64,000 nucleotides of DNA from Schizochytrium sp. TIO01 (GCA_004764695.1 SMSO01000032.1:6790483-6854482), one strand, 5' to 3'. Shown: positions 33,383 through 49,495, numbered from the stretch's first letter. Notes: generated by a model not told the origin, from the letters alone. Translations and numbers: made by a program.

Positions 33383-36188
33383 CTTTATAAAAGCATTAGC
33401 TACTCTTATATGGAGCTTTTGCTATACAAAAGTTTTTAAACCCCAAAACGTAGTGAATAAATTTCCATTCATTCTTTAAATTGAATTGCAGGTATAAAGT
33501 GTAAAAAAAATACAGTTAATCAGCTTCTCGATCGATTCCAGAGAAAGTAAAAGAAAGTAAAAGAAGAAAGACTAAGTGGAAGTTTATAGGAAACTCATAG
33601 TACAGCAATTAGAAGGAAAAACAGAAGGAAGCGCAGAAAACCACTACAGCAACACACTTCGTCACCTTCTTGAAAAAAAGAAGAACATTTTTATTTTTAT
33701 TTTTTCAAGCTGCATTTGAAAAAAATCAATGCAAGAAGATTATTTTTCAAAATAAAACATTAAAGTTTGCTTCCAAAGAAACTAAACAATCAACGAAATA
33801 ACGTTGAAGATGATTGATGAGATCCTGCAGTGTTCGGGCGCTTTGCGTATATCAATGTTGTGTTGTAAAATTCAACATGCAGCCAACCAAAATAGACAGG
33901 AGAGTTCCTCACTTCATCAAACATATGTAAGAAGGAGAAAGTGACTCTAACACAGATAAGGGTACCCGCGTTCAACTCCCTCAGTTTTGCAAACAATATA
34001 ATTTTTAATTTAAATTACCGTCAGGATGTTTTAAAATTTAAGAATTGTTTTTCGATTAGACAACCGCGTGCACATGACATGTTTTTGTACTTAGTTTAAA
34101 GTGTTGGCTATAGTTACAGTGTTTAAATATATATATATAAATAAAACTAACAATGAATTTAATTAAAGTTTCTTTTAAAAGATGGCTCTATGTTATTTGT
34201 TTTATTTATTTTACAAAACAAACAGATGTTATCATCGGGCAGAAGGTAAAGAGGGGGGAACTCCGTCTGTGCCAAATTTATTTACTATTCACCCAATCAA
34301 TAAGCTATGTAACAATCCATCCACCCATCTGCCATCCATTTGTTGATTCGTTCCTTCTCTCATTTTCTTTAGAAGAAAAAAAAACAACCAAAACAAAACC
34401 AACGAGGACACCAACAAACAAACAAATAAACAACTTTGAAAATAAAACAAAAACAGTCAATCATTGAAAGACTCCCTCCTCCTCCCCCCTCTCTGCTCTT
34501 TCATCGGTCTTCCTTTTTACTTTAGTACGTGAACCCTAAGCAGCAGGCGGCGGCCTTTCATTTATCGTGGCTGGACAGTCAAACCAACCAAACTTCCACC
34601 CGGAAACAAGATAAAAGAAACAAAAGCTGTCAATCAATGACTGTCGTCTTTATTAAAAAACAAAACCAAAAACAAAAACATACAGTTCATTTATTCAAAA
34701 CTATTTTTAAAATAGTAAACATCAAAAGTAAAAAGAAACGTTAACAACACAAATCAAGCAACTCCAAGACTTCTGGTTTCTCTAAAATAGAATAGCGAAT
34801 ACAAACTGCCTTCTCAATCCTCTCATACCGAAGGTGATCCACCGTGGACGAGCAAAACTTCTTTCGCATAGCGTATGTGTATGTGTCTCTGTTCTGCGCA
34901 TTAATCAATCTTTCATCGGCAGCTTCGAAGCCCAACTAACTTTAGTTCTGCGCGTGGCTGTGAAAATAAAAGGAGCAGCAGGAAGACGGGTGACAGCAGT
35001 GCTGGGTCTCGGCAGGCACAGGCCTCGATCCGAGTTTTCTCTCTATCTTGGCGGGTTTTCTAAACAGATTTGCTCGCTCTCTGTTAAACTGAGGAGTCAT
35101 TCGTTCATAATGTTCGGCCTGATTCGTTTGGGGGAAAGACAGTATGCATAGCCACATTTGTTACTTCTTTCCATATTACTTTAGGCTTTTCTCTTGCTCT
35201 ATCAGGTATATATGTGTATATACAGTATGTATGTTCATCAAAAAGCATTATGTACACATATACATATACATACACATACAATACATACAGACATACATAT
35301 TGCAACAAACCAGAAGAGAAGCTTAAACTTAAGAATGAAATTGTAAGGACAAAGGAGCGAAGAAAGAGCCCAGAAAGGAGACAAATATTGGGCCTGGAAA
35401 GATGTGACCACATTGCCGCAAACGAAAGACTGAGAAAAGCTCCAAATGTGCTACAAAAGGGAGCGGCGGGGGATGAATTCGTACTAACAGTTTGTTTACC
35501 CAGCCTTGGGTTCCCGCCCCTCAACGCCTGCCATTGAGCCGCTTACTTATCATCTCCCGGTGTCCTGTGCAGTAGCCCATTTGGGCTGTCTCCAAAAAAT
35601 CAAAAAATACAAAACAAAATAACAAGAAAACCATTCTGATAGTCTTCGTAAGCCTGTCTAGCTAGAGAAAAATAAAATAAAAACTCGCCTCAGAGCAAGT
35701 TTCCGAAGATAGGTGCGTACTTTACAGTCAGCAATCAGTAGAACATAACTAACGAGGAAAGAGGACTGCGACCTTCTTGCTATTCTCTTCTTCGCCGCTG
35801 TAGTCATTCATTCATTTATTTCTCCAGCCTCCCTCAGTGTTATACATTTATAGCCTTCAATAGGTTAGGATCCTTCGCTGCGCTACCCTCTCTATATATA
35901 CCATGTAATTCCTTTTTCTTTTGATTAATTTAAAGTATCTCACAGCGAACAAACCACATCATATGATGAACTCAGGAAGAGTGAGTGAGTGGGTGAGTTG
36001 GAGCAGTTTTCCAAGTTTTCGTTTGGGGCTTCGCGGGAAACCGCATGCGCTCCGTGGTCCTTCAACCAGCCAGACAGAGACCTGCTGAGGCCGGGTCCTC
36101 TCCGCGCACTCCTAGGGCTGCCATCTTGCGAGCTTACCTTGTGATCTGAGATCTTCACATTAAAAAGAAGCCAGCTGCCTACGTATGC

Positions 36189-36259
36189 ATGTATGTATGT
36201 ATGTATGTATGTATGTATGTATGTATGTATGTATGTATGTATGTATGTATGTATGTATG
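36189..36259. repeat. (ATGT)n microsatellite
   Basis: Direct reading. Confidence 0.95.
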
Positions 36260-36756
36260 CATGCATGCGTGAGTGTCTATCCATGATGCTTTCGTAGGCC
36301 TAGTTCCTTTTAGGTTAGTGTGCTGATACTATGTAAAATTAAAACAAACAGATCTATGAAAAGGGAAGAAAACAGAAAAGAAAAAACAGAAAACATGAAG
36401 TTCTGCGGTCTTTCCCTCAATAATCTGTAAACGTTAGTTTCCACGCTTCAAGTTCTGTTGGGCCTAGCGCAGGCTACGGCGGCTAGCACTACTATCTCTT
36501 TGTCTGTCTGTTATGAAGTAAGTAAGTAAGTAAGAGCTATGAGGGCATAGCAGTAGAGATAACTAGCTAGTTGGTAAGTTAGTGGTTAGTTAGGTGTAGG
36601 TAGGCAGAGGCAAGTCTTTCAAGAGGTTCCTCCTTTCTTCTCCTTGGTGAGTCATTCTCATTCTGGTCTTCGGACACTGAGCTGGATGGTCCGCGTCTTG
36701 TAGAACCCTCTCCTTCTGAGGCGACGATCGCCCACCACGCAAGACAGAGAGCAGGT

Positions 36757-36798
<42 letters not shown>
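36757..36798. repeat. (AGGC)n microsatellite
   Basis: Direct reading. Confidence 0.95.
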
Positions 36799-36883
36799 CG
36801 AGTTAGCGAGCGAGCAAGAGTATCTGCTATCTCAATGCGCAGGGCCGAGAGCATGCGCGCGCACCCTTTCACTGATGAGCTGA

Positions 36884-36938
36884 TTAATTAATTAATTAAT
36901 TAATTAATTAATTAATTAGTTTAATTAATTAATTAATT
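36884..36938. repeat. Self-complementary (TTAA)n microsatellite
   Basis: Direct reading, one interruption. Confidence 0.95.
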
Positions 36939-38250
36939 GATTGAAGGCGAAGTGCTTCTTTCGCTCCTTTTTATGTATAATTAATTGCGCAGAGTATTTA
37001 TTGAAATATATTGTTAAGTAGAGAGAGATCTTGAACACGCTAAATTGGGTAAAGAGATTTACATTCACTCCCGGTTTGGAATCACCACCTCAACACTTAA
37101 AAGTTTTTAGAGATAATAAGTAAGTAAAGTACTGACTGACAATGGAAAAAGATAAAGAAAAACCAAAGAGCTGTCGAATTTAATTGCACTCTTCCCTCGT
37201 GGTTTTCCCTTCCCTCAGTCCCTGAAGTGAAAGCTTTTCCAGTCGACAGTGATCAAGGCGGAAGTATTCTTCTTCTTTCTCATCCTTTGAACATTTCATT
37301 ATCGACAGTTGACTCTAGAGGCTGACAAAATAGGAGATGAAGGAACTTATCGCTTTGCTTCCCTCACCAGCCAATCAAAAGATCACCGAGGCGAGCAATC
37401 TAAATGTCAAGTTTGGGCTCCATCAGCCATGGAGTGGACCTCGAGCCACGTTCTAGAAACATGAAGATGCCTTCACGTGATGGTTGCAAAGAACGACTTT
37501 GCGAATGCAGCTCAAATAAATTTATAGAGATGGAGATATAGCGCCGATATATATAAATATAAATATAAATATAAATATGAATATAAATATAAATATATAT
37601 TTAACTTTATTTAGACTAAAAATGTCTAAGCAAAGAGTAATAAATATGAATCAACTAGGCTGTTTATTTGTGGAAAGAGAGAAAGAAAGGAAAATTCCGA
37701 AAGAGAATGTGTACAAGATTTAAAAAAGCCGAGGGCTGATAAGAAGAATAGCGTTGCTAATAGCATAGAAAGTGAAGCAAAGGTTTTTCTGTTTTCCATA
37801 CAACCACTGTAACGGTGTTTTTGTATGACGAGAGTCTGATTTCTATTCTTTTTTCCCAGAATACGAAACAAGATTATTTACAAGGTTTTACCGTCCTGAA
37901 GCCACAGTGTGGATGCCTCGGCAAGCTCTTGCGCAGCCTGTTTCTGCGTGTTTTCGGGAGAGGTTCTAAATCAAAGATGTTTGTTTACCTCGGCCATATT
38001 TTTCGGCACCTTCGTAGTTATTTTATAAAATCACTATCTCAAATGACGATCAATTGAAGGGAATATTTTCGAAAATACATAAAAGCCAGAGGTCTCGTCC
38101 TCTCTGTACGATAAAAACAGTCGCGTTCTGCACCTACAAGGTCTTTCATTGACTTGAATCTTGATCTGCATCTTTAGAATCCTCATGTGTTCTGTTATCG
38201 TTAAACTTTGTCTACTTCTAGCTATTGTTCACTGCGATGGAACAGTTCCG

Positions 38251-38463
<213 letters not shown>

Positions 38464-41400
38464 GTGCACATCTGCAAAGTTTCCCCTCCTCCTCCTCCTC
38501 CCTCATCTTCTCTGCCCTCCTATATCTACCAAGATCTCTCTTTATTGGCTCTCTAGGGAGACGTTTATTTCGTTTCTTCATTCTTCGGCACGAGAACAAG
38601 AACAAGAACAACAACCGCAAGAACAGGAACCTGAGGAGTACAAAAGCGAGGAATTGAACACTGCTTTCTCTACTTCAAGTTCTTTTATCAATGACTCTTT
38701 CCTCTGCTACGCCTCCGTTCGCTTGAGTGGATCCACGGGCGGGTCCTCAGCTAGTGCGTGAGAACTTATTTCTAGCAATACGAAGCGCAGGCAGCAAACT
38801 AGCTTTATTGGTGCGCTTGACGATCAAGCAGTCTGGTTCATGTGTCACGCAATGTTGGTATGTATTCACTGGCGAGGATGAAGGTCATCGTTCATTCATT
38901 GTTTCGCTCGGGTAATTTCATCCCGTTAAGCTATATATTTGTTTGATTGCGGCTTTATTGTTCACATTTGAGCAGCCTGAACAACAACGTGCATCTTTGT
39001 GTATTAGATATTCTTTCATTCAATCATTTTTTCATCCATCTGTTCAACCAATCAAACGTAATGGGTTAGCCAGCGAAGAACTTTTCGGAAACAGTTTAAT
39101 AATGGGAAACGTATTTTTGCATTTTTGCTGTATTTTTTGGGGAATCAATTTTAAAAAGGTATAAGAATTCGATGGGAGCCAAAGCTCTAGTCAGTTTCAG
39201 TGTATATTATGCGTTAGGTACCTGGCACTCAAACTCGTCCCAGAAGTTGGTATAAAGTTAACAGGAAGTCAATGCGCGGGCATATATTAATAAAAGCATA
39301 TTGGATATGTTATTTTATTTCAAAAGTGAAAACATTTTTTTTCACAAATACAATAAAAATCATAAAAATGACCGGGATAATAATTCTAGACACATTATAA
39401 CAGTTGCCTACCACAACTTGTAACTTCTTAAGTAAAAAACAACAAATGCGAATACAACGATGTGATAGGAACGGATGGTTGCTAAATTACCTTGCTGCCT
39501 TTTAACGAGAGAGCGACATGGAGTTCCTAGCAGTATTTTGTGCAGGTTTTGCTCATTAGGAAGCCTACCTCAGTCGAATCAGTCAGGCTGCACGCCAGTC
39601 TTAGTGAAACTTTAACAAGAAAACAAAACAAAACAAAAAAACAGTTAGGGTTGGCAGAAGCATGTGATGTAAATGCAGTGACAAAGTGATGATTCTTATT
39701 AGGTATAAAATAAAATGGTGTAGCCTTTTGGAAACACAACTCCAAAGTGATGTTAAAATGTGGTAGATGCCGGGTCTGGCTAGAACCGTGATGATATCAT
39801 ATCATAAAGCATCAATATTCTGCTTTGAAGTTTCTTTCGTTCGTTGCCTCACGAACTGCGTCTTTGCTTCTCTGCTCTGGTTCTTTGGCTCACTCTAGGC
39901 TGCTAGTGAATTGATGATGAACTGCTAGGTAGCCTGTTATTATGAGCCCATTTCAAAGGAACTCCATCTTTTACTTTAGCCCTCTGCTCTACATACGTGC
40001 GCATCACTGATTCAATGCATGGACGAACGTACGAACGAATCATCCATTGATATTTTAAAGCCGAGGATCTGTCAGTGAGTTCCAATCAGTAAGGCTGTAT
40101 TTCAAGGCTCGTGTTGTTTTTCATCTGCTTTACTGATTTGAATTGATATTCATGTTCTCAGAATATGCTACGTAGTCCTCGTCTCTGCCCATCTGCGAGA
40201 GAGCGCGTGAACGTCCTTCCCGTAGCTACTCTTATGTATTCTCCTATATACAATACTCTAGTTGCGATTTTCATCTAAGAGCTCATCAAAGAGTAGGTAC
40301 CCAGTTGCCTCTTCATAATAGATGAAAAATTATGTATATGCGTACTTTCTATCTCTTTTACATACAGAATTTCTTACTATAAGAGAAGGTACTCGCTGTT
40401 AAAACTCCAAAGAGTTCTGCTGGATGCATTCATTCACGGTTGTTTTTCTCGTTTTTCAAAGGCGGATATTCTGATTGATCTGGTCTGATTTGTGCAAGCA
40501 GAGTCAGATTTCCATTTTAGCTACTCATCTGATCTGTCTTTGGATCATCGCTATCCTGGTTCTCCGCTCGACTTGCTCTTCTTCGATCGTAACATCTACA
40601 TTGTAGATCGTTTGTTTGTCTGCAGACCTAGTCCTGGCTACCGCAAAGGAGCTATAGGAAAAAGCAAAAGACAGCTTCGCTTCCATTTTGGTAAGTATAG
40701 TGAAGTATGGTTTAGTTTGGTTTCCTTTAGTCTCTGATAAGTAGCGTCTTCAGCGAAGCCACCACCTCATCTGGACACTGCAACGATGATAAAAAAACCT
40801 GAATATAACAGAAGAAAAACCTGGAGGCTAGTACCTACCAAGTTCTGAAGAAAGCGAGGTTAGCTAAAGAAATCAAGCCGCAGCTGAGAGAGTTCGCATG
40901 GGGACCATGAGCAATCCGTGTCGAATGGATCACTTGGTTTGATTTATTTCAATTAGGCCATCTTGTCGATACTAAATCCTGTTACTTTTTAATACAGCAA
41001 ATTCAGATTGTTGCGTTGATTTAACTCTGTTACCAAAGCGAAGCGTCTTCGTACATTTTAAAAATTAAAATCTTTTAATCGAAGAAAGAAAGAAAATAAA
41101 AATGAAAAACAAGAACACGTTGTGCAGGGCTATATTATAATACAGGCTCTGCTTCGAGCTATTACCGGTACCTAAAGGTCCTGCGTTTGCAGGAGTGAGA
41201 GAAGCACGTACCACATGAGTGAGTTAGTGTGTTGCACAGCCAGCACTCAAGCTTTAAGTTCAAGCTTTGATTCATGGCAGTCGCAGTTCAAGTGTACAGA
41301 CTGTCGTCGGTTGAGAGCCCACAATGAGATGAAGCCATCGTTTTGCTTTTTTTTTTTGCTTTTCTTTTTTACTTTCTTTTTTAAAAGAGGCAGGAAGGCC

Positions 41401-44400
41401 CTTCTTTCCTCCATCGCAACGCTGCGACTCTGTTTCTCTCTCGGGATTGCAAGGTCAGAGCTCAGAAGCTGATTCTTCGATCGACTGAAAGTCTCGCTCG
41501 CAGCCTTTCGAGGTCACCTGGAGTCGAGTGCATATGTATACAAAAGTCAACGAAGCAGAAGTATTTTCATTTCTTGTAAAAGCTTATTACATGAAAGGCA
41601 CTCCGTGGCTGCACTATACTTACTATCTACCTGCGCGTCTTTCAATATATATAAATCCTGGAAAGCTCGCGAGGAACTTGCAGAAGGAAGGGAAGCACGC
41701 CGAAGCCTTTCAACCTCGATTGGGTGAGTAGGTACGAAGAACATCGAGGATCTTCGAACGTTTTGATCTTCAATAGCCTAAAAGCTAGGCTTGAAAAAGT
41801 GACTGAAAGGAAATACTTCACACGCCAGTTTCATCATCCACGATTCACCAACGAAGCCTTAAGCTTTCTTCCTTCTGATCGTGCCGCACCCACAATGATT
41901 GTCGATGCGAGCGGTCACCGCTACTATTATTGGTGAAAGAGCAGACATCGCCCAAGATCCTGCCGCTTCGGAGCACTTATTCCGTGCAAAAAAGCTGAGA
42001 ATATAATAATAATTAATTGAAAAGAGCTTGTGATTACTTCTGTTGGTAAAACTTAAAAGTGATAGATAGATAGATAGATAGAGATAGATAGATAGAGAAT
42101 GATTCTTTCATAGGAGAGGAGTGAGTGAGTTCCTTCGTGGCTGTGCTCAAGAATGACTGCTCGTCTCGCTCTTCCTGCTTCTCTCTCGATAGAGGAGAGA
42201 GAAAAGAAAAGAAGAAGATAAAAAGAAAAAAAGCCTGGAGCGTGACCACGGATGTCCTTCAAGAACCTATCGCGACGCACCACATAACTGATGCTAGGAG
42301 CAGATGTCGTCTGAGACGGATAATTAAAGGCTCTACCGTCTGCTTCTCCTCTATCGTCGTCTGCTCGATATGCGATCGAATGTCACTCCTAAGACAGACC
42401 TTTAGTTTCCGTGTTGAGTCTTGCTTGGAATGAAGAAGAAGGCTCGAAGTCGGGATAGCTAGCGTAGCTATAGCTGCTGTCTAGCTCTATCCGCGAGTTT
42501 TTTTTCTTTTTTCTTTTTTCTTTTTTCTTTTTTCTGTTTTTTTTCAATCGAAAGAAAAAAAATACCGAGTTTGCAATTACAAAACCTGAAACAAAAAATC
42601 TCGTGGTGTAAAGGGAAAGGTTCGTTCTTATGAATTTATTGTAAGAAAGTGAAGGCACTATGGCACTGCATTGTACGTGGCCATCGCACGGAAGGCCTTG
42701 CAGCCACCATTCGGGATTCTTCTCCTCTCGGGGAGTCACAAAGTCAACACACGAGAGGCCGCTCGGCTTTAGTTGCCGCTCCACAGCATCTGAGAGAGCC
42801 TAGACCCCAGTTCTTTCAAGAAGTGCACATAAATAAACACCGGTTTTGATCGCAATTTAGACTCTACTGGCAATCGAAATCTGCAGCCACACAGAACCTC
42901 ATTCCAACTTCAAAGTCGCTGTCTTTCATCCACATATATATGTATCTATGTCTCTATCTATCCGTGTACTGCTCTTCATTTCGAGGAAGGAAAGCAGCCT
43001 GAGAACCCAAGTGCCGACTGATCTAGTTCATCAATCTCTGCGCGCAGTTGCTAACGAGCCTTCATCGCCACGCCAGACACTCGACTGAGTCAAGATCGTC
43101 GCTGCAGAGGAAGAGGTCTTTGGAAGCGCGATCACCTGCGCAAGCGGTCAGGACAAGACGGAGTTCGAGTGCTGGCTGCCTTTTACAGCTTTCAGCCCTG
43201 AGTAGTTTCGTGAATGTGCTTGCTAAGTAAAGTCTCAAGCGAGCCAAAGAGAAAGGAAGAGCTAAGAGAACAAGAAAGCACAGCGTAGAATGCTCAGAGA
43301 ATCTGCGCGTATTTGGCGGTTTGACGCAATCTGTGATGAAGGAGAAAATATAAATCAGCAGAAGTGCTCATTATTCCAACTAGACGGATTGACCCAACGC
43401 TGTATAATATAAGGTAACTCGTTAATCGTTTTGGTTTGAGGTCTCTCCCTCTTCAGTAAGGTAGGCAGGTAGGTACGCCTTATGTGCTACGTAGCGGCGA
43501 GGTCTTCATTCTAGATACTTTTATGAGTTTAAAAAAAGTGCACCCGCCATAGTAGCCCCCTTTTGTGACTTACGATAGATAGAATCACTTATTAATCGTT
43601 TATTAATATCTCCCAGGAGTTCGTTCTTTCTGGCAGTTAATTAATGGTGGTGCCGAGCACCTCAATTCGTGCCACTATCCCAGCGAGAGCGACGTTGTTC
43701 TGCTGTTTTGGGATGAGTGTACGTGTTGGGTATATTCTGATGGAGATAATATATCGGGGATTGGGATAATAGAGGCAGAGCTTTAAAATCTAAGGTGCGC
43801 TTAGACTTTCAAGGATGAAGGGATTGATGCTTTCATTTTTAATCCATATAAAATAAAATAAAAATTAATGAACAATCCAAACATTTGTGTGACACGGCCA
43901 TCTTGTTGAAAGATTTATGTTAGAATAAGTATTTTAAACATTATTTTTTTAAAAAGGCTGCCTAATCACCATTTTCGTGCTGCAGAAAGTGAAGGTTTTC
44001 AGAAACAAGCAAACATAACAAATGGCTCACGCACGCGACCACAATTCAGGACACGCGTTCTGATCTATCGTTCTAAACCCTCCTCAGATATCTGGCTAAA
44101 GACTGCCTGCGCGACGGACACGCCCCTTCCCCGCTACTAAAAACTACCTTAAGAATCGAGAGAACGAAGCAATCTAAATAAAAGCGCTTTCCGGGATTTT
44201 CGATGGTAGAGTGAAAGACCGAACCAATGATATTCCCAGTCACAATCCCATATCCCTCTGTGTGGACCTGCCCCTTTCGTTTCTTAGCACTCGTAGGTAC
44301 TCTTCGCACAGGTGGCGTTTTTGATTCGCCTATATCGTGCGTGGCCTTCTCCGGGAGGATCGAAGAAGGCACTGGTCGAGCTAAATCAAGCGTCTCCAGG

Positions 44401-47400
44401 AACCGTGAACCACAAAGCCCGACTTTGCATCATTCCCCGCATGCACTCACTTTTCAATTCTTTGCGATCAATATCTTCTTTCCAGCCCAGCCAGCGAAGG
44501 AGCTGAAAGGTTGAGCCTGATGGTTCGTTCAGGCATGGCCGCCCCGGATGCTCCAAGTTAATTAATAAATAAATACCCGCCATTCTGCAAAAAAGCCTTG
44601 GATGAGTGAGGTGAGGTCCGACGATCGGGCTTCGCTTCTTTCATTCCACAGAGTTAGTTCTTGATCGTTGAACCTGAAGATCCTGCTGCTACAATCAAGC
44701 AGCTGCAATAGCCACCCACTTCACTGGTATGGAGCTCACTCTTGGGCGCACGCACGAAATAGGCACGCCTCGAGCCAGCCAAAGCGCGCACTTTTCCTTA
44801 TCTATTTGTTGACTGCATTTATTCATTTATTCATTTATTAATTCCTGTATTTATTTATTTGTTTCCTCTTCTTCGGTTCTGCTCCTGGTGAGTTAGTAGC
44901 GCTTGAAATATTCTGATGGAACTTTGATTCATTCAGAGAGGATGGGTTTCGGGATTTGAAGCTGGAGGAGGTTCACAACACCCCCTCACCACGGTCCATT
45001 CATGAAATAGATGTCATGCAGTAGCTAGCTGGACGTTTGTGAACTTGGAGTTGGGGTGGATCTTGTCTTTCGATCGGCAGTGTAAGTCTGGTGGCCCTGG
45101 GGCAAGCGCAAAATTCTTAGTTCACCTTTTTAGACTTTGTCACACATGTCCAAAAGTTAAAAAAGATAAATTAATTGAGGAATGGAAAGACACACTTACT
45201 AAGTATGCAAAGATATTGTTCACCCTTCAGTTGCCCCTCCCAAGTGCATTCAACCAAAAAACTGCACGGATTTAAGCGGATTACTTGGCGTGCACGAATG
45301 GCCTTACGTTAGAAGTTAGTTCGATATCATAAGTATCGTGAAATAGATTAATAAGCTAGGAGCAATCGCTAAGTTGAGGAAGCAGAGAAGTTTTTCTCTG
45401 ATGTTGGCTCACATTTAGGCGATGCTGCTTATGCTTCTAGATGATCCCCTAAAGATCAGCATCGTCACTACATGCATCATGCATATCTAAAGTGAAGGAC
45501 ATGGAGCACGACTCTAAGAGAAAATATTATTCACCGTCTGAAGATTTTTAAAAGCGATTGAAATTAGGCATAGGTCGCATAGCTCCGTCAAGTAAGAGGA
45601 GAGAAAACCCTCGATTTGGTTCGGAACCCTACCGAAGAGAAAACTTGCAATTATATGGAAGTTACCTCCTGTAGACCATATATTTTTAGGGAAGAAAAAA
45701 GACAAATCAGATTGATAGAAGTGAGGACTCCGACCAGGAACGACCCAAAAATGAATCTTCTGCTTGCTTGAAATTGGTGGACAGAAGAAGCGCTTGTAAA
45801 GTCACCAATGCCTCTTTCTGATCATGCATATATATATCCTCTTCTGCGAAGCGAAAGAACAAATCAAATCAACATTGCAGACGTGAGTGCTATGTTTCAT
45901 CATGCTTACAAAGAGCATGAAAAGAGTCAGGCCGATCTAGTTTCCTTTGAATATTGCCCCATCCTGGCAGCTGCTTGCCCGAGTAACTGCCTCTGATGAA
46001 CATGGCTAGAATAAAATCACTCTACAAGACCAAACCTTTTTTTATTGTGAGCAGTTAGGTTTATATTCGGTCCGACTTTTTATGCATCACTCTTGAGAAG
46101 GTATGCTCGAAAGTCGCAAACAATGGTCACGTCTGGAGGGCAACTGTTTCGTCGCTTTCATCGAATCAATCCTTTGATGAGTATTTCTTCGAACTAATCC
46201 ATCGATCAATTATTTTAATCATGCACTCAGCTGATCGATGGCCTTATGTTTTAACATAGGCTCACGCTACTTGAAAAAGAAAGAAACTCCCCTTTAGTAT
46301 GTCCCACGTGTCTTTCAATTACCACGCAGAAGATAAACAAGATGAAAGATAGCGGCCAGACTCGGAGCACCGATGTGTTTGCCTTTTTCTTCATTTTTTT
46401 CTTTTCTAAAACATGCCTTTCCTGACTCAGCAGGCATAATCGCCTTCACCAGCATACAATGGTTGCATGATATGCTTCACAAGTTCTTAGTCAAGCTTCA
46501 AGAACTGGTAAGACTTTGGAAAACCAACACCAAACACGCCTTCCTTCCTGGGAGCCACACCTCTACTGCAGCTTTCTGACTTCTTCTTCTTCTTCTTGTT
46601 CGTAGTAACTCCACAATATTCTTTTTTTAGTTTTACGGAATTGCCGTTCAAGTTTGCTCTAAGGGAGGTCGAGTATTTGATTCAATGAGCTTTACAGGCT
46701 CCGGATCGAAAGATTGATTGATATAATAGGGTCTGGGCTGCCAAGACTTATTAACAACGAGTGTCGCCTCTCAATACTGACTTCAACAATCTCTGTCCTG
46801 GGACACGCGATCTGTTTAACAGCCTTCCTTCTTTTTTATGATCCTTTTCAGGCATAGACGTTTACCATAGTGACGCTTAATTCTCACGTCTGTCGATTTT
46901 GAAGGATCGGAGGGAAACTTGGCTCGATGAAAGGGAAAACGAACAAGGCAAGAAGCCTCGTTAAAATCAAGCTCAGGTTTGCGCATTGGGTGGTTGCCAT
47001 GGATAGAGTCACTCTTTAGGCTTCGAGTTTCCCGGAAGCTCCGATTGATGAGGTGCTCGCGTCTCGCTTATTTAGCAGAGTTTGAAGGTTGGTTGAGAGG
47101 AAATGAATGATCCAAAGAAAGTGAGATCAAGATATATGGTTTCTGCGCTAGCCAGCCAGCTAGAGCTGACAATAACAAAAAGACCCAAGTGATTGAAAAC
47201 TCTCGAGTGAAGTTGCTGTAGTTTGCTTAGTTAAAGAATGCCTGAAAGACATGTATCGTCAATCATTCTCATAGGGCCTTTTCGTATGATGATGGGGAGG
47301 AGGAGGAGGTGAAAAAGGAAATTGTTTCGTTCATCACCTATTCAATTTTCCGTTATATAGATAGACCTAACGTTTCCTCCCACCAACCTATGAGTGGAGT

Positions 47401-49442
47401 CCTGCTGCTGTTCATTCCCTTGGGGGAAGTCTTGTTCCTGTCAGGTCTGCTTTCCCCATCCCTCGCTCGCCAACACTGCCTCCCATGCAGTCTGCACAAC
47501 CATCGAGGCAATCCCCGGTTACCCTTTCCAACGTTCAGTATCATCATGATTTCTTTCTTTCTATATATGACTCTCGTCTATTTGGATAACAATACTAATG
47601 ATTGTAATAATTTATGATAAATAAAAAGACAATGCTGATTGAAAGCACTGCAGTGTTGGTTGTTATCTCTTGAACTGCCCATCCAGAGTTTTATAAGCTT
47701 CAATAGGCTCCTCGAACTAAAGGTACGTTCGAAATCATCAAGTGAACCTTTCCGCTCGCCTCGTGTTCAACAACGTGTAACAAAACAGTCATATCGGGTT
47801 TGAGTTAGATAGACCAGAGGAGAAGTGTAAAAAGAATAAAGTTCACCTTTCAGTCGATTGGAATTATTCGTAGGAATTGCTTTTTCCCAGATTAAGCAAA
47901 GAAGGTTATTCTTATTAAAACTTTAAAAACCTTTTTTACTTAAACATAATAAGGACCTCAAATAAGAATAAATGAATAGGAATTAAATTGCTCATGAAGA
48001 TTTATTAAAATTTTCTCTGATTTTTTTCTCGTCTTTTCATGAAGAGAATTACATTTTACACACACCGTCATACATTTGATGACCAAAACTCGAGCTGGAG
48101 GCCAACAGATCTGTGCTCTTGTACGATCCATCCAATCAACAACCAAACTCTGGCGCTTCCGGCAGTTAGCCAGCCAAGCACTTGACATTCCAAATGTCTG
48201 GATTTTGGAATTTCTTCTGTATCGTGTTCTCGTGTTCTCTTTTTCTTCGAGCGCTTCACTCTTTCCAAAACTCGTACTTTAAATATATTCTTACACAAAA
48301 CTATATGCCACAGCCATCCAAACAGCACACTCTGCCGCCCTTACTCATTACATTAACAAAAGGGGGTTAGAATACTGCTGGAAAGACAGTGTGTCAGCAT
48401 CATCGCAATCCTTTCAACGAGCATAGAAGGCTCAGCAAGAGAAAAGTTTTAGTTACGTTAGATTTATGCAACCCAATATCCTCGTGGCGGGCAAACAGAA
48501 GTTCAACTTTCTATGCTTCCCCTCTGTCCAATTAGTCCACGTGGCCACCTCGTCCATTTAAGATACGAGGGTTTCTTGTGCTTCGCTTTGTTTGTTTTGT
48601 TTGTTTGTTTAGTTGTTTATTTTCGGATAAAAGGCTGTTTTCTTTTAGGGTATTACGGAGTCTTCCAGTTAGATTGATCTGATGAAAGAAGAAACAAAGA
48701 AAGAGTGTAAAAAATAAAAAGCGTCCGTGGTCTGATATCCACTCATCTTGATTTAACGTGGCTGGTTTTTTGTGTTTTTGAAAAGTCATATTTTGCGGGG
48801 CCCATATCACGAGTGGAAGAAAGCAACGTTTTTCTTTATTCTTTTTCACAGCTGGTTTGGGGCTTTCGTTCGAATAATCTCGTGGTAATGTTTTCAAAGA
48901 CCTCTGCAAATTTACTCTCTCCAAAGAGCTCAAGACATCATAGGAGCCAGCATGAGTTCCAAGAAAAGCTTTCTAAAGGCCGGTGATTCGATCTTGGAAT
49001 GGTCCTGAATCAGCCCTATCCCATCAATTTTTCAGTACGAGCAGCAACAAACACAACAAACCACCTTTTGAAACACGCTGTAATTCTGGAGACTCAATGT
49101 TTAGGTTACTTACAACAGTTGCCGCAATGTAGAAAGTATCAACCACTGGCTTCCTCTCCTGGTCACTGCAAGATGGCTACGCTCGCTCAACTCTTTCCAC
49201 AAAAACAGCAGCAACAGCCAGATTATTACAGTAGGAATGCACCTCTCACGAGTACGTTCGAATCCCCTACGTGTGAACAACCACGGCGACGACATTGTCG
49301 TTATCCTTCCTGGTTGAGTGAGCACTTCCTCCATAACCTTTGTACGCATCCCACTGTCCTCCATCGCTCCGTGCAAAACATCCAAATTACAGCTATTCGT
49401 CAGCGTTGGGCCTCTTCTGCTCTCCCCTAATACGTACACCCC

Positions 49443-49495
49443 AGCTAGCTAGCTAGCTAGCTCGCTAGCCACGTGCTAGCTTACTTAGCTAGCTT
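49443..49495. repeat. Self-complementary (AGCT)n tract
   Basis: AGCTAGCTAGCTAGCTAGCT plus degenerate copies. Confidence 0.9.
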